Shown in pieces: positions 30,390-40,029 of a stretch of 64,000 bases of DNA. The position numbers and the translations under genes are program-made. The DNA comes from Alphaproteobacteria bacterium (GTDB lineage: Bacteria; Pseudomonadota; Alphaproteobacteria; SP197). The stretch lies in the NCBI GenBank assembly GCA_964291415.2, contig OZ219920.1:224001-288000 (forward strand), read 5' to 3'. The notes below the pieces were generated by a model that was given only the letters and a program-made list of their open reading frames with translations, searched no databases and was not told the DNA's origin. Each line of letters opens with the position of its first letter. The stretch's first letter is position 1.

Positions 30390-30775
30390 TTGTTGTCGAT
30401 TCCTCAGTCTGGATCGACTACTTCAACGGCACGGACACGCGCGAGACGGCCTTGCTTGACGGCATTCTCGGCAAGGACGCGGTTGTCATCGGAGATCTTG
30501 TGATGGCCGAAGTCCTGCAGGGTTTTCGCGACGACCGCGAACTCCGCATCGCGCAGGCAGTGCTGGAGACGCTCTTCTTCCGGCCGATGGTCGGCCGCGC
30601 CAATGCCGTTGCGAGCATCGGAAACTATCGCACTCTGCGTGCCGCCGGCATTACCGTTCGCAAGACGATTGACATGTTGATTGCAACCTTCTGTATTGAG
30701 AACGGGCACAATTTGCTTCATGCGGACCGGGACTTTCTGCCCATGGAACGCCACCTGGGCCTTCGCACCTTATGA
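30386..30775 (+). CDS. vapC: PIN-domain toxin VapC
   Basis: VDSSVWIDY, EVLQG, TIDMLIA, DRDF acidic motifs. Confidence 0.92.
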   Translation: MIVVDSSVWIDYFNGTDTRETALLDGILGKDAVVIGDLVMAEVLQGFRDDRELRIAQAVLETLFFRPMVGRANAVASIGNYRTLRAAGITVRKTIDMLIATFCIENGHNLLHADRDFLPMERHLGLRTL

Positions 30776-30938
30776 GGTGTGCCGCGACTCGATGCAGGTT
30801 TCATTCGGAGTATCCGTGATGATCGCCATGTCATCGGGGAGGTATCGTTTTCATGATGGCATGCCACGCGGCGCTCCTGAGTTCCATCGAACGTGAGTTC
30901 GGAGATGCCCTGTTCTCTCGCCTGATGTCGATGGGACG

Positions 30939-31748
30939 ATGAGACCGGCTCTCCCGATCAGCCATCAGCCAGACCTCTTTGACGCGCGCGAAGAGGACGG
31001 GTCCAATGGCGATTCGTCGGCCGCGGTGCCCCCAAGGGACTACACGGACGAAGACCTGATCGCAGCGATTCCGATGGCAGGACTGTCGAATGTCGATGCT
31101 CTTTGCTCCGAGGCTGTTGCACGCTCCCTGGCGGCGGCGGTTCCGGCACTTGAAACGCTATGGCAGCGCTTCACCGGATTCGGCCCCAACACGCCGCATC
31201 GCCAGCAGCTGGCGGTCATCGACACCCTCGAGCGACTCGAAAGCGTGAGATCACATGCGGCGCTGCGGCGGATTGTGCTCTCAAGGACCTTGCCCGAATC
31301 TCTGCTGCCCGTGGCGCTGCAGGCGGCCATCCAGGCAAGGCTCGCCCTGCCCGCAAGGTTCGTCGAACCTCTCCTTGCCCATGACGAGGGCTCGGTGCGC
31401 CTAGCGGCGTTCTCCCTCGCTCTGTGGTCCGGCGTTGCCATCGACTGTCTCCGCGAGGGACTGCATGACCCCGCTGACGGGGTCCGTCGTCTGGCAGCCG
31501 TCGCGCTCGGGTTGCGCGGTGACGTCCAGGCCCGCCAACCCCTGATTCGGGAACTCTCGCGTTCTCCATCAACGGACGTCGTCGAGGCCATCACGGCAGT
31601 CTGGGATGACGACGTGATCGTGCACTTGGGGCGATGCGGGAATCGTCATCCACACCTCGCCGAAGCCGTGCTGGAGGCCCTGAACGATATCGGTACCGCA
31701 AGAGCTTTGACTGTTGCGGCCAAACTGCAGTCCGCCACCGGCGACTGA
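30939..31748 (+). CDS. HEAT/PBS-repeat-like helical protein
   Basis: Repeats LAHDEGSVRLAA, LHDPADGVRRLAAVALG, EAVLEALNDIG. Confidence 0.6.
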   Translation: MRPALPISHQPDLFDAREEDGSNGDSSAAVPPRDYTDEDLIAAIPMAGLSNVDALCSEAVARSLAAAVPALETLWQRFTGFGPNTPHRQQLAVIDTLERLESVRSHAALRRIVLSRTLPESLLPVALQAAIQARLALPARFVEPLLAHDEGSVRLAAFSLALWSGVAIDCLREGLHDPADGVRRLAAVALGLRGDVQARQPLIRELSRSPSTDVVEAITAVWDDDVIVHLGRCGNRHPHLAEAVLEALNDIGTARALTVAAKLQSATGD

Positions 31749-31973
31749 CGCCGGCACCTCACGGCATGCGCCGGGACTCCAAAGGTCAGGGTTTCCCTCG
31801 CTGTTGCGTCGACACGTTCATCCGGGAGCTGTTGCGAACGAGGCAAGAGGGGGTGCCCGACCTCGACAACGCACACGGGAAGACGACTTCGACTGCATGG
31901 CGCACTATGATGCCGTCGCTTGCCGTTGGACTGTCATTATCTCCCCTCGTGAACCGCCGCAGTCGTTGGGACC

Positions 31974-32948
31974 ATGACACTGTCGCCCCGTGCTTGTGAC
32001 ATGCCCTGGCTTGTCGCCGATGTTGGCGGCACCAACACGCGCATCGCACGTGCCCGGGGACCAGCCCTGCTTCCCGATTCGGTTCACAGGTACCGCAATG
32101 CCGATCACCCCGACTTTGAGTCATTGCTCGAGCATCACTTCGCGGCTGCAGGCAGGGATGCGTGCCGGATGGCCTGCGTGGCAGTCGCCGGCCCGGTAGA
32201 GAACGGCGTCGCCGAACTCACCAACGTCGATTGGCGCATTGACACTTCGGGACTTGCCCGGGCTACCGGAGCAAGCAAGGTCGTGCTCCTGAACGATCTG
32301 CAGGCAACGGGCTTCGCGCTGGGCCATATCGCGCCCTCACACGTGCGCGAGATCGTTCCGCAGTCCGCTGCCGGCGGTGGTGCAACACAACTCGTGATCG
32401 GTATCGGCACCGGCTTCAACGCGGCGGTGGTTCATTACCTTGCGTCGGGACGCTACGTAGCCGCGGCCGAGGCCGGTCACGTCAACATGCCCGTCGACAG
32501 CGATGCGGATCTCCGTCTTGCACGGTTCATTGAGGCAGGGAACGGGTTTGCCGATGTCGAGGACGTCTTGTCGGGGCGCGGGATCGAGAACATTCATGCC
32601 TGGCTGGGGTATCGGGAGGAGGCGACGTCGCGGATGTCTGCCGGAGACATCGTGCAGGCACTCGCCAGCAGCGATCCACGCGCCGAAGCGACAGGGCGTG
32701 TCTTCGTCCGCATGCTTGGAGTGACCGCTGGCAATCTCGCTCTCACCACACTGCCGTTTGGCGGCATATTCCTCGCAGGTGGCGTGTCTCGCGCCGTCGC
32801 TCCCTATCTGGATGATCTCGGCTTTGTCGATGCATTCCATGACAAGGGGCGTTTCAGCGGCTTCATGAAAGGCTTCGGCGTCTCGGTGATCGAAGACGAG
32901 TATGCAACGCTGACCGGGTGCGCAAGCCATCTCGCCAACTGCTTGTGA
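31974..32948 (+). CDS. glk: Glucokinase (Glk family)
   Basis: ADVGGTNTR, VAGPV, LTN..W, LLNDL, GIGTGF, EAGH, EDVLSGRG. Confidence 0.85.
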   Translation: MTLSPRACDMPWLVADVGGTNTRIARARGPALLPDSVHRYRNADHPDFESLLEHHFAAAGRDACRMACVAVAGPVENGVAELTNVDWRIDTSGLARATGASKVVLLNDLQATGFALGHIAPSHVREIVPQSAAGGGATQLVIGIGTGFNAAVVHYLASGRYVAAAEAGHVNMPVDSDADLRLARFIEAGNGFADVEDVLSGRGIENIHAWLGYREEATSRMSAGDIVQALASSDPRAEATGRVFVRMLGVTAGNLALTTLPFGGIFLAGGVSRAVAPYLDDLGFVDAFHDKGRFSGFMKGFGVSVIEDEYATLTGCASHLANCL

Positions 32949-33178
32949 CCCCCTGCAATCGCCATGCGTTCCCGGAACAAGTCCCCGGTGACAGTCTGCG
33001 ATTTCCAGGCGGCGGGGACTTGCTGTCGCCCGCAGCCTGGAATTCCGAACCCGTCCCGCCGGCACCGGACTCAGAACCGGCAGGCATGGCCCAGCATCGA
33101 CGCCGGGTAGAAGTGGGACTTCCTGGTCGGCTCGCCACTTCTCCTGCGCGCATCCCGCTCCGACCGTCGCCCGGCCTG

Positions 33179-34237
33179 TCAGCGCGTGCGCCCGGCTCCG
33201 AAGGCCCCAACCAGGGCAACAGTGCTGCCGTCGCTGGTCGACGCCCGGGCGTCGAAGGTCCCGGCCGCCAGGCGCGGCGCACCCGAGCCGTCGGGGATGT
33301 TGGAGAACTGGCCGGCCCACTTTCCGCTCGATCCGGTCACCGACACGGCGGAGGTCGAAAGGGTCACGTTCGAGCCGTGAAACGTGCCGTTGGCGCGATC
33401 GAAGGAGACGGCACCAAGCTCCAGATGACCGACGCCGTTGATCAGCCCGGAGGCGCATCCGATGCAGCCCTCGATGGTCCCGGCCGCGAAGTCGGCGCTG
33501 AGGCTGGCCTCCGAAGTGAAGTCGCCTCTTATCGTGAGCCCCGCATCGGTGAGCTGGGAGGCGAAGGTGCCCTGGAACGTGTAGACGCCCCCGGCATCGC
33601 CTTCGTAGGTGGCCGTGCCCGAGACCGGCAGGCTGGGCGGATTGCTCAGACTCAACTCCGGTCCAACCACATATGCGCCCGCTTCCCAACCGGTCGAGCC
33701 CGGCCCCGCGTGCAGCCAGTATCCGCCGGCGATGTAATCGCTCGGATCGCTGTTGGACCAGTCGACCACGAGGCGGCCGGAGGTGGCGCTGTTGCCGGTT
33801 CGGGAATAGACGTTTCGGTCGCGTGAAGTCCGCCCCGATCCGGTGTCGCCGTAGAACACCGAGGAGTCGCGGCCATCGTCCCGATAGGTGTCGTTGGTGT
33901 CGAGAATCACGGTGCCCGCGCTGCCCCGGTCGACGGTGACGGTCGCGCGACTGCCGTCGAAGGTCAGTCCCAGATCCGTGACATCGGGACCGGCCGACAG
34001 GGCGGCGCTTCCGAACCAGACTTTCGAGGCGGGCACCAGGGCGTAGAGCGATGGTGCGGCGGAATCCAGCACTTCGTCCGCGTTGGCGGGAACGGAGGCG
34101 CCGTATGGAGGCTCCGACGGCATGCCGGTCCCGGGCATCGAGGGCGTTCCCGTCATGTCCGTCGAGGAGCTGCCGCCCCCGCCGCACGCGGCGAGCAACA
34201 AAAGGGCGGCGATGGCATAGAGGTAACGTGCAGTCAT
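33179..34237 (-). CDS. Surface lipoprotein with TbpB-like C-terminal beta-barrel
   Basis: Signal plus lipobox LAAC, GGGGSSS linker, LPVSGTATYEG, LSADFAAGTIEG, terminal VGAFGA strand. Confidence 0.65.
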   Translation of the reverse strand: MTARYLYAIAALLLLAACGGGGSSSTDMTGTPSMPGTGMPSEPPYGASVPANADEVLDSAAPSLYALVPASKVWFGSAALSAGPDVTDLGLTFDGSRATVTVDRGSAGTVILDTNDTYRDDGRDSSVFYGDTGSGRTSRDRNVYSRTGNSATSGRLVVDWSNSDPSDYIAGGYWLHAGPGSTGWEAGAYVVGPELSLSNPPSLPVSGTATYEGDAGGVYTFQGTFASQLTDAGLTIRGDFTSEASLSADFAAGTIEGCIGCASGLINGVGHLELGAVSFDRANGTFHGSNVTLSTSAVSVTGSSGKWAGQFSNIPDGSGAPRLAAGTFDARASTSDGSTVALVGAFGAGRTR

Positions 34238-34618
34238 GTCGGTCTCCCGGCTTGCTTGGGCGTCGACCGGGCAGCGCTCCGGAGGCGGCGCCATGGGTGG
34301 AAATCGCGCTGCACGCAAACGAGGTTGGGATGCGCCAGGAACGCGGTCACCGCCCAAATGGGTGGGCCGCGATTACGGGCCGGTGATGCAGGTCACGCTC
34401 AGTTTCCCTTGGCGGAAGGCGGGATAGATAATCGTGGGCGGCTGCGTGCGCTGCGTGCCTGGCAACGCTTCGGAAATCAGTCTCCGATTCACCGGTTTCG
34501 ACCTTGAACTCCCCCAAGTTGGGGAAGCAAGGCAAGGCGGGGCTCGAATACGATGCTTGTGTCGTCGGCAGGTTCGGAACATCTCCGGCCGCCGACGAGA
34601 CGGGCGCCAGTCGATCGA

Positions 34619-35756
34619 ATGGATGACCTCTTCGAAAGCACCGTGGAAATCCTTCTTGACGCCGCGTTCGACGACGCGCGCTGGGGTGAAGCCTTTCGGG
34701 CGATCGACCGTCTGTGCGGTCTCAACGGAGGCCAGTTCACCGCGCTCGCGGCCGACGGCGAGCCGACTTTCGCGGCGTGCTGGATCGGCGGCGACCCGCA
34801 CCAGGAGATCGTGGCGGACTGGATCGCGAACTATGCGGCGTTATGCGAGAACGTGCCGCGGATCAGCAAGCTGCCGGCCTGGCGGCTCACCCACAACGAG
34901 GAGTTGTTCACCCCGGCCGAGAAGCGGAACTCCCTGATGTACAATGAGTTCCAGCCGAAATACGACTGCCGCGACCAATTGGCGGTGGTGGTCGACCGTC
35001 CGTCGGGCGAGCGGCCCCGGGACGGCTGCCTGTTCTGGACCATGGCCAACGGCGCGGCGGGATGGGCGCCGGACAGGCTCCAAGCGAATCGGCGCTCTGC
35101 TGCCGCACATTCGCCAGGCTGTCCGGGTACGCCGGGAGCTGGTGGCGGCGGAAGCGCATGCCCATGCCGAGATAACCGCGTTGCTGGAGCACGATTCACC
35201 GGGCACGGTGTTCCTGGATCGACGCGGCAGCATCGTCTCGGCCAACCGGTCCGCGCGGCGGATGCTGGCCATGAGAGGCGGACTCGACGCGTGGCGGGGC
35301 GCCTTGCGGGCCGGCTCGCCGAACGACGATGCGAGACTCCGCAAGCTGGTATCCGGGGCCTTGCCGCGTTTCGGATACATGCCGGTCGGCGGCTCCATGC
35401 CCGTGCGGCGCCCGGCTGGCCTGTCACTGATCGTCCACGTGCATCCCGTTGCGCCGCGCCGCGCCGACTTCGGGGCGGCACGGATCGCTGCGGTGGTTCT
35501 CATCCGCGATCCGGACGCCGGCCGGCTCGATGCAGAGGCGGTCGGCGACATGCTCGGGCTGACCGCCGCCGAGAGCCGCGTCGCCGTTCTGCTCGGCCGG
35601 GGCCGCACCGTGCGCGACGTTGCACGCGAGCTCGACCGCTCGGAGAACACCGTCCGCTGGACCCTGAAGAACGTGCTCTCGAAGACCGGCTCGGCGCGGC
35701 AGGCCGATCTTGTGCGGCTGCTGCTCCAGCTGCCGCCAGGCGGCCGGGACGCGTAG
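34619..35756 (+). pseudogene. LuxR-type HTH regulator with N-terminal sensor region, split by a +1 frameshift (may be a sequencing error)
   Basis: First frame MDDLFE...WAPDRL continues as KRIGALLPHIRQAV...GLTAAESRVA...TVRWTLKNVLSKTG..RQADLV if one C is removed at 35080-35081. Confidence 0.75.
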
Positions 35757-35888
35757 ACCCTGCCGGTCTCCCAACTCGTCATGGCCGGACGTGTTCCATG
35801 CAAGCGCGCGGTTGTCCGGCGAGCGGCTGTCCTTGCCGCAACGACGCTGGAGCCACTTGGCGGCCGGGCGACGTCGGAGCCGACACCC

Positions 35889-37112
35889 CTAGTCTGCGAA
35901 CGCAACCGCCCGGACCTCCTCGATCCGCTCGTCCTCGGTAAATCGCCAGATACCGATATGGCCACGGCGCAAATCGCCGTTCTCGTCCCAGTCCACGCTG
36001 CCCGACGCACCTTCGTAGTCGATCTCCCCGCCGTTCGCGAGAATGCGAAGGCCTTCGGCAACGCCCGTCGGGCCGGCAGCCACGACGGTTCCTGGCGAGC
36101 CGGCCACCGCGCGCAGCCGGTCGCGGATTGCCGCGCCGTCCAACCGGCCCGCCGCCTGCGCAGCAAGCGCCAGGGCAACCGTGGCATCATAGGCTTCCTT
36201 TACGTAGGCGAGCACCGGCAGTGCGCCGTACTCGGCGACCCAGGCCGTTTCCCACGCCGCGGACGCGGCACTGTCCGGCGCCGACGCGGGCCCGGTGCCG
36301 TACATGTTGCCGAGGCGTGCGCTGCCCAGGGATCGGACCAGGCTTACCCGCTTGGCGCCGTCGCCGAAGACGAAGTGGTCGTAAAGAGCGTTGTCGATGG
36401 CTTCGCGGACCATGGCGAGCGCCGCCGACTCGGAGGCGATCACCACCAGGGCCTGCGCACCTCCGCTCGCCGACTCGCGCAGCGCGGCGAGGAAGCCGGT
36501 CTGATCGCGGTCCACCGCGACGGCCTTGACGGGATCGTTCCAGGCTGCCTCGAAGGCGTCGGCGAGGCCCTGTCCCCAGGGGTCGTCCACATAGAGCAGG
36601 CCTACATTGTCGAAACCGCGCTCGCGTGTGAGGCCGGCGAGGACGGGTCCCTGGGAAACGTCGGATAGCGCGGTTCGAAACAGGAAGTCCCGGTCGGCGA
36701 CGGCGGTCAGCGCCGGCGACGTGGCGGAGAAACTGATGGTGGGAACGGCCGCCGGACCGCTCACCCGCTCGGCCACCGGCAGGGCGCTGGCGCTGGCGTT
36801 GGGACCAACGATGCCATGCACGCCCTCGACCTCGACGAGACGGCGTGCCGCCATGACCGCCTTCTCGGGTTCCGCCGTGGCATCTGCGATTGCGACCGTC
36901 ACGGGCAGGCCGAACACACCACCGCCTTGGTTGACATGCCTGATCGCAAGCTCGAACGCCCGTTGCCTGTCCCTCGCGGCCTCGAGCGATCCACTGCTCA
37001 GGTCCAGCAGAAAGCCGATCTTGAGTCCGGTCGCATCGTCCGCTTCGGCAGCCTTTGGTGCGGCAGCTGCCCCGGTCAGCAACATCCCCGCGACAGCCAG
37101 AATCAACCCCAT
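35889..37112 (-). CDS. LivJ/K-like ABC substrate-binding protein (orphan)
   Basis: Signal peptide, KIGFLLDLS, SATSPALT, FLFRTALSD, YEGASG; start uncertain. Confidence 0.85.
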   Translation of the reverse strand: MGLILAVAGMLLTGAAAAPKAAEADDATGLKIGFLLDLSSGSLEAARDRQRAFELAIRHVNQGGGVFGLPVTVAIADATAEPEKAVMAARRLVEVEGVHGIVGPNASASALPVAERVSGPAAVPTISFSATSPALTAVADRDFLFRTALSDVSQGPVLAGLTRERGFDNVGLLYVDDPWGQGLADAFEAAWNDPVKAVAVDRDQTGFLAALRESASGGAQALVVIASESAALAMVREAIDNALYDHFVFGDGAKRVSLVRSLGSARLGNMYGTGPASAPDSAASAAWETAWVAEYGALPVLAYVKEAYDATVALALAAQAAGRLDGAAIRDRLRAVAGSPGTVVAAGPTGVAEGLRILANGGEIDYEGASGSVDWDENGDLRRGHIGIWRFTEDERIEEVRAVAFAD

Positions 37113-37469
37113 CGCACGCGCCCGGAGAATCGCATCGTCGCAAAGCCCGCGAATCACCGGGACCGTCCTCCACTCGACAACGCGTGTCGGCGGCGACAAG
37201 GCCCGCGCCTTCCCGCCGCTTCGACAGTCTGTCCGTGGCCGGGCAGCCTTCGCCTCGGGAGGCTGCGCCAGAGATGCCGGTGACGCCACGGAACTCATGA
37301 TCGTGGCGGCAATGCCGGCTGGCAATGAGACGCCCTGGCCCAGGGCCTGGAGGATGCATGAATGAAGACAGCCCCGACAAGGGCCAAAGGACGGGCGCCG
37401 ACATCGGTGGCGCGGACAGGACCAAGGGCGGTCTGTCGTGGGAACAACGCGCTACAACAATCAGTCATG

Positions 37470-37545
37470 TGGCGTCCCCAAGGGGACTCGAACCCCTGTT
37501 TTCGGCGTGAGAGGCCGATGTCCTAGGCCGCTAGACGATGGGGAC
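37470..37545 (-). tRNA. tRNA-Glu(CTC)
   Basis: Reverse complement GTCCCCATCGTCTAGCGGCCTAGGACATCGGCCTCTCACGCCGAAAACAGGGGTTCGAGTCCCCTTGGGGACGCCA folds as a cloverleaf, anticodon CTC, CCA end. Confidence 0.96.
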
Positions 37546-37672
37546 CCTGTGTGCCGTATGCGAGCACAACCTAGATTGGGACCACCGTCGTGTCAACGCG
37601 GCGGGGAAGGTTGTATTCGATTGTGGCGTGGTGAATCATCGGCGGCCGAAACACGTCGATGTTGCTCTCAAC

Positions 37673-39007
37673 ATGAAGACTTCAGTCCCCTTCGATGGAT
37701 ACCGGCGCAGCGGTCCGGGAGGCCACGACGAACTGCTGGTCCGGGTCGGCCCGGGAACGCCGGCCGGCGAGTACCTGCGCCGCTACTGGCACCCTGTGGC
37801 CATGGCAGAAGAGGTCGGACGGCTGCCCGTGCGCATACGCATTCTGGGCGAGGACCTGGTGGTGTTTCGCGACAGGAGCGGGCGTTACGGGCTGGTCCAC
37901 AGGAACTGCCCGCACCGGCGCGCCTCCCTGGAGTTCGGCGTATGCGAGGACCGCGGCATCAGGTGCTGTTACCACGGCTGGCTCTTCGATGTTGACGGGA
38001 CCGTCCTGGAGGTGCCCGGCCAGCCTGACGGCGTGGAAGAACGGATCCGATCCTCGACCCGGTTGGGCGCCTATCCGGTCAGGGAGTACAAGGGACTGAT
38101 CTTCGCCTATCTCGGGCCTCCCGGACTTGTGCCGGACTTTCCCGTGTACGACACCCTCGAGATGCCGGAACACGTCCTGGTGCCCTACCGGGCGCCCTTC
38201 CGCTGCAACTGGCTGCAGGTTCTCGACGCCATTCTGGACCCGCTCCACACCGCCTTCCTTCATTCCCGCATGAGCCGCGAACAGTTCAGCCAGGGCTTCG
38301 GCGAAGTCGGCGAGATGAAGTTCTACGAGAGGCGTTCGGGATTTCTCGGGACGGCGACGAGGCGGGTCGACGACAATGTCTGGGTCCGTGTCAATGAACT
38401 CGTCCTGCCGAACTATACCCAGGCCGGAGCGGCGTTTGCCGCCGACGGCACACGCCAGCGCTACTTCGGCCGCACGTCCTTTGCCCGCTGGGTGGTGCCG
38501 GTGGACGATCACGAAACCACCTGCCTTGCCTGGGCGATCTTCGGCGAGCGCGGCGACCCTGAGAGCTACAACGTTCCCGGCGGTCCGGAACTCATCGAGC
38601 AGGGAGAGATCTTCGACAGGCCGTATGAGGAACGCCAGCGCTTTCCGGCGGATGCGGAAGCGACCGAGGGCATGGGTCCGATCACCGAGCACGACCGGGA
38701 AAACCTGGTTCCCAGCGATCGCGGCATCACGCTCTGTCGCCGTCGCATGCGCCACATCATCACGGCCCTCCAGGAGGGCGACGAGCCGGAGCATGTCGCC
38801 TCCATGTGGCCTTCGACGGTGCCCACCTACGGCGGTGACACGGTGCTCCACCTTCCTGCCAGCGGGGACGACCAGGCGTACCTGCGGCGTGTCGGCATGG
38901 CGGTGATGGAACGCCAGTTCGCCGCCGAGCCGCTGGCGCCGGAGGCACGGGACGCGCACGTCATCGCCGCCCTGAAGGACCTGGAAACGAACGGATTGCC
39001 GGCATGA
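37673..39007 (+). CDS. Rieske non-heme iron oxygenase alpha subunit (phthalate dioxygenase-like group)
   Basis: LRRYWHP, CPHRRASL...CCYHGW Rieske motif, NW, DPLHTAFLH iron motif. Confidence 0.9.
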   Translation: MKTSVPFDGYRRSGPGGHDELLVRVGPGTPAGEYLRRYWHPVAMAEEVGRLPVRIRILGEDLVVFRDRSGRYGLVHRNCPHRRASLEFGVCEDRGIRCCYHGWLFDVDGTVLEVPGQPDGVEERIRSSTRLGAYPVREYKGLIFAYLGPPGLVPDFPVYDTLEMPEHVLVPYRAPFRCNWLQVLDAILDPLHTAFLHSRMSREQFSQGFGEVGEMKFYERRSGFLGTATRRVDDNVWVRVNELVLPNYTQAGAAFAADGTRQRYFGRTSFARWVVPVDDHETTCLAWAIFGERGDPESYNVPGGPELIEQGEIFDRPYEERQRFPADAEATEGMGPITEHDRENLVPSDRGITLCRRRMRHIITALQEGDEPEHVASMWPSTVPTYGGDTVLHLPASGDDQAYLRRVGMAVMERQFAAEPLAPEARDAHVIAALKDLETNGLPA

Positions 39008-40020
39008 CGATCCGGGTTCACATCAAGAACAACCACGCCCATCCCGATACCTTTCCGCCGACACCGGAAGCGGAACCTGTCTTCACCACGACGAGAGAGC
39101 GCTACGACGCGGCGCTGGAGTCGTGGCCCGATCTGAAGAACAGGCTGTCGACCACAATCGACTGGGATACCGAGAACTTTGCCGAAGCGATGAAATCAGC
39201 CGAGGTCCTGATGTGCTGGGACCTGCCGACGGAGAACCTCGAGGTTGTGGCGCCGAACCTGAGATGGATCCACATCATCGGGGCGGGCGTGGAGCATCTC
39301 TGTCCCATGGACTGGGTGCCGAAGGAGGTGGTGGTCACCAACAACAAGGGCGCCCAGGCAAGGAAGGCTGGTGATTTCGCCCTCATGGCCGTTCTCATGC
39401 TGCATTCCCGCATCCCCGCCATCGTCACCAACCAGCGCCGCAACGTCTGGAATTCGCTCTATGCGACACCGGTGGAGGGGACGACGGTGCTCATCATCGG
39501 CGTCGGCAGCCTTGGGGGCGGAGCCGCCGATCGCCTGCACGGTGCCGGACTGAGGGTTCTCGGGATCAACCGTCACGGAAGACCCCATCCCTCGGTGGAG
39601 ACGATGGGAACGCCCGGAGACCTCGATTCCCTCCTTGCCGAGGCCGACCATGTGCTGGTGTGCGTTCCTGCCACGCCCGAGACCATCGGACTCATTGACC
39701 GCTCCCGCCTTCAGGCCCTGAAACCGGGCGCCGGCCTCATCAACATCGGCCGCGCCGCCACGGTGGACTACGATGCCGTCGTCGAACTCCTGGAGAGCGG
39801 CCATCTCTCGGGCGCCATTCTCGACGTCTTCGATCCGGAACCCCTGGCGACTGATTCTCCCCTCTGGACGACACCCAACCTGATGGTCATGCCCCACATT
39901 TCCGCCGATGATGGAGAGACCTATGTCGAGACGACGCTTTCCATTTTCTTTGACAACATGCGCCGGTTCATGGCCGGTGAAGGGCTTCGCAACATCGTGC
40001 GGCCCGAACTCGGTTACTGA
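39004..40020 (+). CDS. D-2-hydroxyacid dehydrogenase family protein
   Basis: GAGVEH, IIGVGSLG, NIGR, LDVFDPEPL, PHIS; ATGA overlap with the Rieske gene. Confidence 0.88.
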   Translation: MTIRVHIKNNHAHPDTFPPTPEAEPVFTTTRERYDAALESWPDLKNRLSTTIDWDTENFAEAMKSAEVLMCWDLPTENLEVVAPNLRWIHIIGAGVEHLCPMDWVPKEVVVTNNKGAQARKAGDFALMAVLMLHSRIPAIVTNQRRNVWNSLYATPVEGTTVLIIGVGSLGGGAADRLHGAGLRVLGINRHGRPHPSVETMGTPGDLDSLLAEADHVLVCVPATPETIGLIDRSRLQALKPGAGLINIGRAATVDYDAVVELLESGHLSGAILDVFDPEPLATDSPLWTTPNLMVMPHISADDGETYVETTLSIFFDNMRRFMAGEGLRNIVRPELGY

Positions 40021-40029
40021 CGGTCCTGC

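Noticed and set aside
32337-34187. 616-aa minus-strand ORF and similar long ORFs (1836..3314, 3909..5399, 22129..23736, 56821..58227, 62230..63960)
   Set aside because: Antisense or off-frame shadows of well-supported genes; no family motifs, often Arg/Pro/Gly-rich, expected at this GC content
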